In this document: in pieces, positions 29,201-40,700 of the stretch
How the letters are laid out: the number at the start of each line of letters is the position of its first letter
How positions within the stretch are numbered: position 1 is the stretch's first letter
From: Girardia tigrina
Lineage: Eukaryota
Length of the DNA: 64,000 nt
Assembly: GCA_001938485.1 (NCBI GenBank)
Contig: MQRK01231888.1
Location: forward strand, 1-64,000
Direction: 5' to 3'
Notes under the pieces: model-generated
The model's input: only the letters and a program-made list of their open reading frames with translations
Told to the model about the DNA's origin: nothing
Database searches by the model: none
Position numbers and translations under genes: made by a program

Positions 29201-32200
29201 CCTCCCAACCCAGTGATAAAAGTTTCTGGCGAGTGGTCAAACTTGTATACGGTCTTGCGTTATCATGCTGAATTACAACTCCTTTTCGATTTGCCAATTC
29301 ATGACGTTCCTGTTGAATTGAATGAGCCAATTTCTCCATCTGACCACAATATCTGTCTGAATTAATGGTTTCATTCCTCAGAAGGAGTTCAGAAAACACA
29401 ATTCCTTTAAAATCCCACCAGATGGAAAGCATAACCTTCTTTTGGTGAATTTCTGCTTTAGGGATCGTTTTGGCAGGCTCACCACGTTTTGCCCATGATC
29501 GTCGGCGTTCCAAATTGTTGTAAATAATCCATTTTTCGTCACCCGTAATCAAGCGCTTCAAAAACGGATCACTTTGTTCTCGCTTCAAAAGGGAATCGCA
29601 AATGTCTATACGTTTCACCAAATGAATTTCTTTCAGTTCATGTGGTAACCACATATCGAGTTTACTGACGAATCCAAGTTTCTTTAAATGACTTCTAACA
29701 CTTGATTTTGATATTTCCAGAGTCTCTGTAACTTCTCTTGTCGTCATATGTGGATTAGATTGGATCAGTGCTGTTATTTTGTCACCATCAACTTCAACTG
29801 GTCGACCGGAGCGTGGTGCATCTTTCAGACGAAATTTTTCAGAACGAAATTTAGAAAACCACTATTGATACTGTCGAAGTTTTAAGGAGTCACTACCATA
29901 TACAAAAGATATCTTCTTATGAGCTTGCGCAGCGGTTTTCCCTTTGCGAAAATAATGCAACAAAACATGACGAATATGCTCATTTTGATTTTCCATTTCG
30001 AATTGACAGTAAAGTAATAAATTAAAACAAAATCAATTAACATTTTGTATAAACATAGTCTGAAAATTAAGGTTTCAGAATATATAATTGAATTTAAATT
30101 TTATCACATCGTTTTATATTTTCAAGCTTTTTATTAGGACGTACTCAAAAACGCAATGACTTTTTAGCCAACTCAATATATTATTCAATTATGTATTTTC
30201 CACTATTGTTTACATCTTTTTTTACCAGTCCTACAGATCCAAATCTTGGAGCTCATTGTGGCACAAGTATTCTAATTTTATTTTTTACGGAGTACCCAGC
30301 ACTATCGCCCGCCAGTTTGTTACTCCCCAGCTCACCAAGCAAAATGTTTCACCCCCAAATTAAAGAAAGTTCGCATTATCTAGCGAATATTACGGTATTA
30401 GTAACTTTTTTAGACTTTAAGTCGGTAAAAACTGTATCGTTAAGTTAAAGTTTTTAAATATTAACTTAATCCACGGTTACCTTCAGTTTTTCATTGTCTA
30501 CTTGCGGTCCTTGGTGACCCTGAGACTCAATATTGAGGATTAAATTACCTTTCACGAATTCCCTGAATCAATTTGAAACGGTCTGCTCTGTAGTAGCGTT
30601 GTATCCGAATCATTTAGGACTCGTTCATAAAATATTAGGGTGAACCAAAAGTCTTTTCATATTTTCTACGTCTTTTTGTTCAATTATTTCTTTTTACCAT
30701 ATCAGTTTCTTTCTTATTTCTTTCATATCAGTTTGTTCTTGTTAAGCCCACATAAACTTTCTAAATTCTTTGAATATTTAGAATAATCCTTGATAAACTT
30801 ATGATAATAATTGCATAATCTTAGAAAACTTCTTAAGTTTTTTAAACATTTCGGTTTCTCATAATTAATTATTGATTCAATCTTACTTTCATCTACCTTT
30901 ATACCTTTTGAGCTTATAATATGTCCAAGAAATTTTGTTTCTTCTTTAATGAAATGACATTTTTCTGGATTTATTCATAATCCCGCATTTCCTATTTTCT
31001 GAAAAATTTTATCTAAACGTTGAAAATGTTCCTCCAAAGTTTTTGAAAAAATCAAAATATCGTCTAGATAAACAATTGCCTCCTTCCAATGCATATNNNN
31101 NNNNNNNNNNNNNNNNNNNNNNNNNNNNNNNNNNNNNNNNNNNNNNNNNNNNNNNNNNNNNNNNNNNNNNNNNNNNNNNNNNNNNNNNNNNNNNNNNNNN
31201 NNNNNNNNNNNNNNNNNNNNNNNNNNNNNNNNNNNNNNNNNNNNNNNNNNNNNNNNNNNNNNNNNNNNNNNNNNNNNNNNNNNNNNNNNNNNNNNNNNNN
31301 NNNNNNNNNNNNNNNNNNNNNNNNNNNNNNNNNNNNNNNNNNNNNNNNNNNNNNNNNNNNNNNNNNNNNNNNNNNNNNNNNNNNNNNNNNNNNNNNNNNN
31401 NNNNNNNNNNNNNNNNNNNNNNNNNNNNNNNNNNNNNNNNNNNNNNNNNNNNNNNNNNNNNNNNNNNNNNNNNNNNNNNNNNNNNNNNNNNNNNNNNNNN
31501 NNNNNNNNNNNNNNNNNNNNNNNNNNNNNNNNNNNNNNNNNNNNNNNNNNNNNNNNNNNNNNNNNNNNNNNNNNNNNNNNNNNNNNNNNNNNNNNNNNNN
31601 NNNNNNNNNNNNNNNNNNNNNNNNNNNNNNNNNNNNNNNNNNNNNNNNNNNNNNNNNNNNNNNNNNNNNNNNNNNNNNNNNNNNNNNNNNNNNNNNNNNN
31701 NNNNNNNNNNNNNNNNNNNNNNNNNNNNNNNNNNNNNTTGCAAATATAGTTATTTTGAATATTTTCGAAGTCATTATCTTTACAATTATTTAAATTCTCT
31801 TCTAAAATTAATTTGAAATTAAATTTATTTAAGAAATTCATTCCTGCAATTATTTTCGGAGTAACTTTATCAGCAATATAGAATTCTATGTCTTCACTAT
31901 GACAATCAATTTTAACATTAATAACTACTTTTCCATAGATTTTCAACGAACTATCATTCGCACAATATATTTTATCTTCTGAACCCGTTACATTCACGTT
32001 CATTAATCTATCAATCAAACTTCTATCTATCACACTTATACGGGCGCCTGTATCTAAAAGACAATATGTAAAGATTTCGTTAATCCTAATCTTAATACTA
32101 GGCCTACCATTCATAATCTTATACGTGAATTTCACCTTATCGTTGGGGCATGAGATATTACTATTTACATTTTAAATTTCATCTAACGAATAAATTTTTA

Positions 32201-35200
32201 AATCATTATTCAAATAAAAATTATCATCATAAAAAAATTTACACTCATTCGAAATAGAATTACTTTTAACATTTTTATTTGTAGTAATTTTATTTCGTTT
32301 ATTTTCAATACATACATCTTTACATTTATTATTTTTATTATCACTATTTTTAATAAAATAATCAAAATTGCTAGATTTATTAAAATTTAAAATATTACGC
32401 TTTTTATAAAATAAACTATTTACATACGGATCGAGAACAAAATTACCTCTATTTAGTGGATAGCTCCAATCACCTCTCCTGCAGACGGAGCCCGATCTTT
32501 TGAATAACCATCATCAATTTCGTCATCATATTCTCCACGTTCTACGAGTCTCATCTCTGAATTGATTGCAGCCACATTGTCATTTCTTCTTTGTCTGAAG
32601 TTGTTAAATGTAAAATTACCACTTTGATCTTGTTGTTTCTCCAAACACTGATAACTGAAATGTCCTTGCTTCTTGCATGTTGAGCAGCATATGTTTGGGC
32701 AGTTCCTTCGGATATGACCTTCTTTGCATGCATAGCATTGGATTTTCCGAATTTGGTTGCAGTTTCTGTAGGAATGTCCTTCTTTTTTGCAGTTGAAGCA
32801 TTTGATATCTTCTTTCTGATTCTTTGAATTCGCATAATATTTTCTCTGATTTGAAATGTTTCTCGAGAAGTTATTTGCCGGTATATTCTGAAAGTTTCTT
32901 TTCTTTTTCACCATCTGAGAAAAAGTTTCTTTTCGATTGAGGACTGCTACGTCGTTGTCTTCTGGAACATATTCCATTTTCTTGACAATACTTTTGATGT
33001 CTTCAATTTTCATCGCATCGCGCATTTTTAATTCTTTTTTTTGTTTCCACATTTTTCACACAATGGACCATGAAATAGGACGTTAATTCCTCTTTATTCC
33101 ATTTGTGAGACAACAGTTTGTCGACCATTGTATNNNNNNNNNNNNNNNNNNNNNNNNNNNNNNNNNNNNNNNNNNNNNNNNNNNNNNAAATTCATAAAAT
33201 CCTGAATTAATGAAGATGGTTTCTCAAAAGCCGCTTTCAACCGTTCATCGAATTTGGTTATCTTCGGATCCACAGCTTCATAAATTGAAATGAGATCCTT
33301 GGCCAACAGTCCTTTGGCGAATACATTTTGAACATCTCCTTCAATTTTGGAAATTTCAAAGAATCTATTGCAATCCGTAATAAATTCATTGATGTTGTTG
33401 TCCATTGAATGCTTCCGGAATCATATGATTGAGGAAATTTGCGAAGGTCGCCATGTTAGAAGACAAAAAATCTGCACTAAAATATATTTAAATAAACTAA
33501 ATCACAAACACACATACATCAGTTATATACAAAATAAATGGAGAGTCAAAGGTTAACTCTGCTCTCGACCCCGTAATAATTATATAATACAAATTTAGAA
33601 TTATTCTAAATTTGGTGATTGCGTAATATTTTATTTAATTAATTTAAATTTAATTCTATAATATCTCACAAATTGTATACGGAAAGTTTTTATTAAAAAA
33701 AATAATTTATTGAATATTTTAAAATCAATTCTAAAATAAAAATCATAATGTTATTGAATTTAATTGTCAATGGAAAGTTTTATTAAAAAAATAATTTAAA
33801 ATGGAATGATATAAAATTAAAGAAAAATTATTTAGGAATTAAATTTTTACAGGATATGTCGATTAAAATATTTTTAAAGATCTAAATTATATATATATAT
33901 NNNNNNNNNNNNNNNNNNNNNNNNNNNNNNNNNNNNNNNNNNNNNNNNNNATATATATATATATATATACATCGATATTATTATTTATATTTAGAATTTT
34001 TAGATCTGGATTATGTAATTTAAATATTATTCCTCATAAATTTGTTTCCATAATGAAAATTGTAGTAGAAATAAAGTTTGCAAAATTGTGACTTCCAATT
34101 TTAATCACGAACCCAATAGATATAACAAAGCAAACCATAAAAAATAAAATACTTATTTAAAAATAAAAATAATTTTAAAATAAATTTTTAGTTTTAATGT
34201 AAAAATTAATTTATAAATTTAAAGTTTTAAAATTTACTAAATTTTTAAAAATTGAATCGGAAGAAAAACTTAATAGATTAATTTTTGGCGAGATAATTGA
34301 ATTAATAAGAAATTTGTTTTAAAATGTGAATTGTTAATTTAAATAAAAATTGCGGTGTTAAATTATGAATCTTGATCTTAGGGATAGCGAAAGTGGCATA
34401 AACTCTACTTACATGCTCAATATGACGTTTTCTGTTTCACTTGAATAAAACACTCGGTATATACGCGTAAAACATTCTCAAACTGCTCAAAACGAATAAA
34501 CCCGCAGCATATAAACTTCGTAGACACAAAATCTCAAAAAGTCTTTCGCAGTGAAAGTGTGTGTGATGAATCGTCCTGGAATCAATCAAATAGAATTCCC
34601 TGTTCACTTTTCGATCGAATATTTTGTTGAGAGATTTGGATAAAAAAAATCGTCACGACAAATTCTAAAATTATTATTTTTACAATATTTACCATTCTTA
34701 AAAAGAAAATTTGAAAAATTTGAACAGAAATTTTATTTTCATTTCTTCAAATGAATATCGTTAAGGAGCATTCATTAAGGACGTCCTATAAGCATATTTT
34801 GACCCCTCCCCCCTCTTGTCCCTTTATGTTCCTTTTTATGAGACACCCCCCCGGGGGACATCCCCCCGAAAACAGATTTCCCTTATATTCAGAAGAATGT
34901 ATTGAATTTCATTGAATTTCTAGCTTTAAAGATTAGCTTGTATATAATTTTATTTTGGCTGTAATTTAAGTCACATATTACAAAATAGAATAAAAAAAGT
35001 CAAATACTGTTAAAATAACGAAAATGTACATAATTCCTAAAGAAAAAATAAATGACTTAATTATTATAAAAGAATTAGGAAAATAGAATTCAGATAACAT
35101 GGGTTTTGAGTATTACATCAATCTCTAACAGAAAATTTTACAAAAAGGACAAGATAAACGATAGCTGAAATTTAACTTTAGATTTTAATGAAAGGCGCTG

Positions 35201-35891
35201 CTAGGGGATATCCCCTTAACAATTGGACCCCTTCAATATTGTCCCCAAATGTCCCCCTTGTGGTGACCCCCTCCCCCCATTAGAAGGGGACGTCCTTAAT
35301 TGATGCTCCCTTATCGGAATATATCAAATTAGAGCGAGAATGAAAGATGAAAAGGAGTTCATGTTTAAATTTTAAAAATACGAGCAAAATGTTTTAATTT
35401 AAAATTAATTTACAAAGACAAGCTGGAATAAACGCATCCGGAGTCAACGCTAGTGTTTTTTTTAATTATTTTAAGTACTTCAAAAGTTGTGCAGCAATTC
35501 GGTCAAAGATAGGAAGTGGCGAATAAAAATATTTTACTCTCATCTTATGTATAAAATATTGAAATTTATTTTTTTTTGTGTCTGATTGCGTTTTATATTC
35601 GCAGTCCAAATTAATACAGTCACTCTTCAACCACCAAACACTTCACAGTTTTCAAACTATCGGTCAAAAATCGATGAGTGGCTCAGTGAAAGTAAGTTCC
35701 CCCAAGATATTCCGGCAACGTCTGATGTAGATAAAAAGTCGTTTCTCCCTGTAATCGTTGATTCGGAAAATCAAGTCAAAAAAGTTAGAAAATTAAAATA
35801 AAACACTGGATTCAATGTGTGATAATTTCAGATTCCACCAACTTTAATTCGTCCTAAGAGTTCCAGTACCAAATTACCTTCAATTAACTAA
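3124..35891 (+). CDS. LRRIQ1: Leucine-rich repeat and IQ domain protein 1-like, multi-exon; 5' exon(s) not located
   Basis: Phase-consistent exons: 3124-3263, 3322-4758, 4801-4954, 5029-5184, 9878-10040, 10096-10304, 10356-10483, 13771-13841, 19239-19332, 21434-21574, 24713-24841, 24889-24943, 28096-28215, 28259-28358, 28405-28531, 28578-28672, 28718-28828, (30237-30266 uncertain), 35605-35783, 35832-35891 (TAA). They encode an IQ motif AAIMIQKHFRKYRKR, an acidic spacer, LRRs (LKYLNIN|KNKL, INLSNNVL, LNLSHNSI), a second IQ split by an intron (SAIKVQ|AFWKGYRIRR) and the LRRIQ1-type motif EW|GFEDPRSAFWIMERAKKF. Confidence 0.8.
3322..4758 (+). CDS. LRRIQ1: Large acidic low-complexity exon of the LRRIQ1-like gene
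   Basis: 1437-nt open frame bounded by ttag|...|gtaatc, in phase with both neighbouring exons. Confidence 0.85.
5540..6510 (-). mobile_element. MULE (Mutator-like) transposase relic
   Basis: YFHLAQ near 6500 and RTTNICEGWH near 6160-6190, followed by IGKFMDGILKE...RKIYRDLQQR; many stops. Confidence 0.7.
8729..8768 (-). ncRNA. Minimal type I hammerhead ribozyme (Penelope pLTR)
   Basis: AGAA-CTGAAGA-T-GCCAC-AAAA-GTGTC-GAAA-CATG-TT-TTCT: CUGANGA and GAAA core, helix II with one mismatch, palindromic helix III, helix I AGAA/TTCT. Confidence 0.8.
9457..9496 (+). ncRNA. Minimal type I hammerhead ribozyme (second copy)
   Basis: AGAA-CTGAAGA-C-GCCAC-AAAA-GTGGC-GAAA-TATG-TT-TTCC: perfect helix II; helix III has C>T, giving a wobble pair. 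Confidence 0.75.
9537..9757. mobile_element. piggyBac-type MITE
   Basis: TTAA|CCCTTTCCTGACT...AGTCAGGAAAGGG|TTAA: 13-bp TIR with TTAA TSD. Confidence 0.9.
10500..11082 (+). mobile_element. Non-autonomous Helitron (3' terminus clear, 5' end uncertain)
   Basis: Hairpin ACCCGTCAT-GT-ATGACGGGT (11053-11072), then CTAG (11079-11082) and T: the canonical Helitron 3' end. Confidence 0.65.
11891..11992. repeat. Perfect tandem duplication, 2 x 51 bp
   Basis: CAGCACGCAAATCATTCCTCACATTGAAGAAACTGCATCAGAGGATGAAAT occurs twice. Confidence 0.9.
12170..12715 (+). mobile_element. Internally deleted MULE fragment
   Basis: KFLLTDSGLGDHDRIVI matches the MULE FLLxDS...RI segment; repeated GGGGTCAAA subterminal motifs end in GCTTCC near 12715. 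Confidence 0.5.
12720..13340 (+). mobile_element. Tc1-like transposase relic
   Basis: VFQHNDAPCY...VKQWL...WLTNSPNLNPITN, a degenerate FQQDNAP / WPxxSPDLNPIEN. Confidence 0.8.
13878..14200 (+). repeat. Fragment matching the 5' end (putative LTR) of the gypsy element at 37734
   Basis: Both begin TGTGAAGGACAGGT and share AAATATTTAAAATCAAAAGTTTTCTAA and further blocks over about 300 bp. Confidence 0.7.
14502..15756 (-). mobile_element. Full-length mariner; interior mostly N gap
   Basis: TA|TTAGGGTGAGTCATAAGTTGTGGGGCACT...AGTGCCCCACAACTTATGACTCACCCTAA|TA perfect TIRs; C-terminus YSPDLAPSDFHLF...GLYFES*. Confidence 0.95.
16253..16514. repeat. Duplicated ~62-bp module (about 16253-16315 and 16452-16514) in a GC-richer non-coding island
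   Basis: TTCTATAG...CCATGTATC...TATAGAGGTCGCTYCCTGGGACCAG occurs twice, about 199 bp apart. Confidence 0.8.
18504..19009. mobile_element. piggyBac-type MITE
   Basis: TTAA|CCGTTTTCATGCGG...CCGCATGTAAACGG|TTAA; internal repeat GGCTGTCCT...AAGGACAC. Confidence 0.85.
19578..20582. mobile_element. pogo/Tigger-like non-autonomous element
   Basis: TA|CAGTAGAACTCGGATATCTTGAACTC...AGTTCGAGATATCCGATTTCCACTA|TA, with repeated TTCGAGATA subterminal motifs at both ends. Confidence 0.8.
20660..21240 (+). mobile_element. Penelope GIY-YIG/3'-end relic with degenerate hammerhead
   Basis: LIYQYIC...YIGETNRHFGTIISEH; downstream GCCT-TTGC-AGGC-GAAA-CTGG-TA (21187-21208) retains helix II and GAAA but lacks an intact CTGANGA. 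Confidence 0.7.
21880..22433 (-). mobile_element. Internally deleted Tc1/mariner element (rosa/DD41D-like)
   Basis: TA|AAGGGTGGGTCAAAAGTAACTACACAATTTATT TIRs at both ends; RIISRRGNIEWPIRSPDLNAPDFFLWDYLK. Confidence 0.85.
22935..23590 (-). mobile_element. LTR-retrotransposon integrase C-terminal fragment
   Basis: RPTCNGIIERNHKTIK...WWYNNTP...LVWVKP...RHITDIRP, then SRPRRERRRPSYLNDY. Confidence 0.85.
26184..26631. mobile_element. hAT (Charlie-like) MITE
   Basis: CAGTGGCTTCCAACCT...AGGTTGGAAACCACTG; 8-bp TSD AATTAACG / CATTAACG (7 of 8 match). Confidence 0.9.
28895..30176 (-). mobile_element. Full-length mariner with disabled transposase (ATG 29996)
   Basis: MENQNEHIRH..., WLPHEL, ITGDEKW, HDNARP, PDLAPSDFHLF; in-frame TAG near 29862 and a 3' frameshift; TIRs share GTCATTGCGTTTTT and the left TIR is degenerate. 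Confidence 0.92.
30640..33670 (-). mobile_element. 3'-truncated Ty3/gypsy LTR retrotransposon (5' LTR, PBS, gag, PR, RT)
   Basis: LTR TGTGAGA...TCTAACA at 33670-33454, then PBS TGGCGACC; gag with three CCHC knuckles; protease CLLDTGA; RT VYLDDILIF. Confidence 0.92.
34764..35310. mobile_element. PIF/Harbinger-type MITE
   Basis: TTA|AGGAGCATTCATTAAGGACGTCC...GGACGTCCTTAATTGATGCTCCC|TTA: 3-bp TWA TSD, C-rich subtermini. Confidence 0.8.
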
Positions 35892-36689
35892 TTTAAGATG
35901 GATGTTGTCAGTCAGTTTGGATAAATATTATTTATGGGGTTTATCAGATTTTGTTTATCTTAAGATTTTTGTTAATATTGTTGTAACTTAAAATAATTTA
36001 TTCTTTTGAATATTGTTTCTCCTTAACTTTAATTAGCTGACATAAAATCAATTATTAATGAAAGGTGTTGAATCTTTTAAATAAGTGCAAATCCAATATA
36101 ACAAAATAATAGGGGTTGATATTGTCGTGATTACTCTAGGTTCGTCATCTAACTGTTTATGCTTATATATAATGTCAAGGTCAAATGTTCTGGTATTAGC
36201 CATTCCTGAAAACACCGTTTCAATATTTGGTAATAAGTATGGATCTGATATGTTAGGAATTAAAAATGTTAGGAAAATTTTTGAAAGAAGGTTATATTAA
36301 ATATGTACAAATTAAAATTTTTATATAATTAAATATGTAACATTCAAAAAAATGAAATTACTAAAATTAAGAAGATCAATTAAATTACTAATAAAAAATT
36401 TTTGAGAGTTTTAATATAATATAAAAAGTAAAAAAAGTGTATAATTTTTATGTGAAACGATTTTAAAAAAGTAATATAATTAAATGAAACGATTAAATAT
36501 TTTAAAGTGTTATCGTAATTTAAAAGTGATTATAGAAGTAATAAAAAAATCAAATATGAAAATTTTTATATGTATTTTTATCTATATCGGTTTAAGATTT
36601 ATAAAACAAATAGTTTCTCAAAAAAAATAAATTTGTTTAAATATTCGATTTAAACATTTTTTGTGGTATAATAAAAGTTTTAATGTCTG

Positions 36690-37733
36690 CTACTAATAAT
36701 TCCGACGATGTCCCAAGAACCACTAATATGATAAATTTAAAAAATAACGGCAAATTCTTTTTAAATTGAAACCTGACCCATGCTGCGAATTTTCTAGATC
36801 ATAAATTGAAAAAGTTGTTTTCTTTTGAATTCGAATGTCGTGGCAGTTTTGAATTCGCTGAATTCATTGCTAATTTTAATTCAAGCAATAATAAAAATTA
36901 ACTTATGGTTTCTTTTGATATTGTGGGTTTATTTACGAATATTCCTTTGCCTGAGACAATCGACATATGCTGTGAAATCCGGAAAAAAATAATGTAAATC
37001 TTCATAAAGATTTAGATGAGGTAGCGTTTCGAGAATTATATACTTTTACAACATCCAATGTTCGTGTTCTTTCAAAGATTGTTGGTAGAAGCAAATCGTT
37101 GATGTAGCTATTAGCACCAACACTTGCTTCTATTTTTAGAATTAGAAGAGAAGATCAATCTTTTCACTGGAGCTAAACCTTTAGTTTATAAGCGTTATGT
37201 TGATAATGTTTTTCTAATATTTTCTGAAAAAGATCACATGTCTCCTTTTTTGGAATATTTGAATTCCTTGCATCCTAATATTTCGTTCACTGTCGAGACT
37301 GAAAAGAATACCTCGTTACCTTTTCTTGATCTGATAATTGAAAGGAAGGTTGTCGTTATGAAACAGAGATCTATAGAAAGAAAACTGATACAGGGTTGTA
37401 TACAACTCCGAAAAGTTTTTGTTAACCCAAATATAATCGTAACATGATTAAAGGTTTTTAATTTTAATTGTCTTCAACTTATTCCAAGGCCAATTCAAGT
37501 TTAAACAAGTTGAGTGACCTATTACATAAGAGTGGACATTCAAAATTTTCCCTTGAATAATTAAGTAGAGAAACAATTGATAAATTATTTAAAGATGGTG
37601 TAAATTAAATAATTGAAAGAAAGGATGATTTGAAACCCGACATAATAACGAATGAGTGACTTAATAGTAGTTACACATTAAGTGTTCATTATTCTGAAAG
37701 TTTTGAAAAATTCAAATCTTCTATTCTAAAACT
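36690..37733 (+). mobile_element. Penelope-like reverse transcriptase relic
   Basis: MVSFDIVGLFTNIPL and YKRYVDNVFLIF...LNSLHPNISFTVETEKNTSLPFLDL; frameshifted; cut at 37734 by the gypsy element. Confidence 0.88.
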
Positions 37734-40700
37734 GTGAAGGACAGGTTCACTCTTAAAATTTTTGAAAAAATTATTTTTTATAAAGAATTTCTAAAATAAG
37801 GAAATATTTAAAATCAAAAGTTTTCTAAGCAATTATAATTAAAAAATATATCTTAATTAATTTTAAAAAGTTATTTTCGGAAATAATCAAATTTTAATTG
37901 TAGAGTTAAAACTTAAATTGAAATTACTTGGGAAATATTTGATTTAAAAGAAATATATAAAGACAAGGATAATTATGTTTGTACTAATTTTAAAAGTTAT
38001 TCTTAAAAATAAAATAATGAACTTTGTTGCCAGAGATGGAAATTAAAAAAAAACAGATATTTTTAAATTTTAAAGTCAGTTTGAAATTCTGCAAATTAAA
38101 GATTTGACAAATATTTAATTCTAAACAGTTTTCGAAAAAAAATTAAAATTAAAACTTTTATCATTAATGTATCGTAATAATAATAAAAATTTGAATACTG
38201 TAAATTATTTGTATTTAAATTTTATTTAAAATAATTGTAAGTAAAAAATACTTTTAAATTGTATTTAAAACAAATTGTATATTTTTGTGTTTTCAAATAA
38301 TTGTAGGTAATAAAAGGCTTTTAAACTGAAATATTGATAATAAATAAAACGTTAAAATCTTTTATTAATTAAAAACGTTTTCACAAATAAAAGAAAATAA
38401 CATTGAACTAATTCTAAAATAATAAAATCATTTTTATTAATTTAGTAAAAATATGACTACAATAAATTATGTTGGTTTTAATTTAAATTAAGTTTCATAA
38501 AATAGTGGAATGTAAATTTTCAATATAAAGAGAATGAAAAAAAATTCAATTTTTAAATAGCTTATCAGTATTTATAATTCCATATTTTTATATAAAAATC
38601 TAGTCAAAAAGAAAACGAAGAAAAGTTCCTCGACGAAAAATTGTTTGAATAATTGTTATTTGGGGTAGAAATAAAATTTGGTGTTAATGAATTAAAATTT
38701 TGATCAGGAACCCAACAATCACTATGAATTCGAATTTAAAAATCGTAACTAAAACATAAAATCCATAATATGTTCAGTAATAAATCGAAAACTCCTGTGA
38801 GTTTATGCTCGGATCTTGAGTATAAATTTGAGTGTAAATGGGTGCCACGCTACATACCTTGTAGAGACAGTCAGTAATCTCTGTAAACGGGTTCGTGAGC
38901 ATGGACATCTACGTCAAGCTTTCCAAACGAAAAGCACGTTAATAGAGGATGTCGATAGAGGCGGTAAACTTCGAGAGATCTGGAGAATCAATGGAGAAAT
39001 TCTTCGTTAAAGCAAAAAAGTTGGTGGCAAAATTGATGAAACATAAGTGGACTGAGATTGAGCTGGAGAAATGCCTTCTGATTCACGGGTCAAAAGATAG
39101 TGACGTGAAGAAAAAAATCAGATTTAGAGAAGTGAAAGAATTAACAGAAGTGAAGAATGTCATCAAGAAAGTAGACGAAGTCCGGAGAATGGAAAAGCCG
39201 GTACACACAATACGACCAACATATAGAGATGTGGTCAAAACAGGCACAACACGGAAATGGCAACAAGAAACATGACGAGGAAAGTAGATTCCTTTGGAAG
39301 ACGATCTTCTATGCAGAAAAACATCACATGTTGGAACTGTAAGGAAGTAGGACATAAAATTTTTGAATGTAAACGTCAGAGAAGATCACATGCCATACAT
39401 GTGGAGAAGAAGGTCATGTGCGAAAAGAATGCAAAAAGGTAAGATGTAGAAGATGTAACAATCCAGGACATAGAGCTGAGGAATGTTACACGAATTTGAA
39501 TAAACGATATCAAGAAAGAACGGATTATCAAAGGAGAACCCAAAGTGATAACCGACAATTCTCAGGTGTCCAAATGAAAAGCTCAGGAAACCGGAACTCA
39601 GACGACTACAGAAGAGGATTCGAAAGAGTAAGACAGATCGCGATGATGTAGAAGGAAGAATACCAGGAAGAGCAAGATCATATAGAACAAAATGAATCGT
39701 GCCAAGACGACGAGGAACAGATCTTGGCACTAGAGTAAGTTTTCTTAAACACAGACCAGATCATATAAATTATATATATAGTAGTAATAATTTTAATAAT
39801 ATGAATAAAATAAATAATAAATTAAATATAAATAACCTAAAATATAAAATTAATAAAAATAAGTCAGAATTCCTGAGTGAGCCGAACTTCTATCAGGAAC
39901 CAGAAACAAGGCACAAAGTGGTTAAGTTCATAAAAAAGGACACGTATGATGAAAGAGAATTTTTGATAATAAATAATTATGAAAATGTACCAATTTTATA
40001 CAACAGATGAGAGTGTCGACCAAGTATCAGATTTATGATAGAGGACACAGAAATTGAATGCCTATTAGATACGAGAGCAGCCTTAAATGTAATGACAAAA
40101 GAAATACTTAAGAAATTAAAGAGCACACGAATGGAACAAACAAATCAGAAATTGACAGCAGTAAATTGATTGAAAATGGATATTAGAGGAGAAATAGTAA
40201 CACTAATAAAAATTTGGAAGAAATCAGAGAAAATAAGATTTATAATAGTAAAGAATTTAAGACCAGACATGATTGGGGGCATGTCATTAATGAAGGAATT
40301 TGGAATAGAGCTACATTGAAAAGAAAATAAACAAAATGATAAGAGTAAAATTAACATATGCGAAATCGAGGCAAAGTTTGAGAAAGGAATCATAGATGAA
40401 GAACGAGGAAAGGAAGCATTGAAAATGATCGATACGCGAAACGATAAAGCACTGGAAGAGATAATTTACCAATATCAAGGCATATTCATGGCAAAGGACA
40501 GGGATATCGGCTGTATGAACTTGTTACGACACAGAATATAAACAACAGGGGACCTATAAACATAAAACCGAGAAGACAGCCATTACACTGAGAGGACAAA
40601 CTTGAGGAAGCAAACAAAAATCTAGAGGAAAATGCAGTAATTAAACCATGCAATTCACAATGGAACACACCAATAGTATGCGTTTGGAAAAAAAGACAAG

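Noticed and set aside
39733-40007. GTAAGT...CAG between gag and pol suggesting spliced Pol expression
   Set aside because: The interval is open in the pol frame, and the related element has its GT after the gag stop; frameshifting is the simpler explanation.
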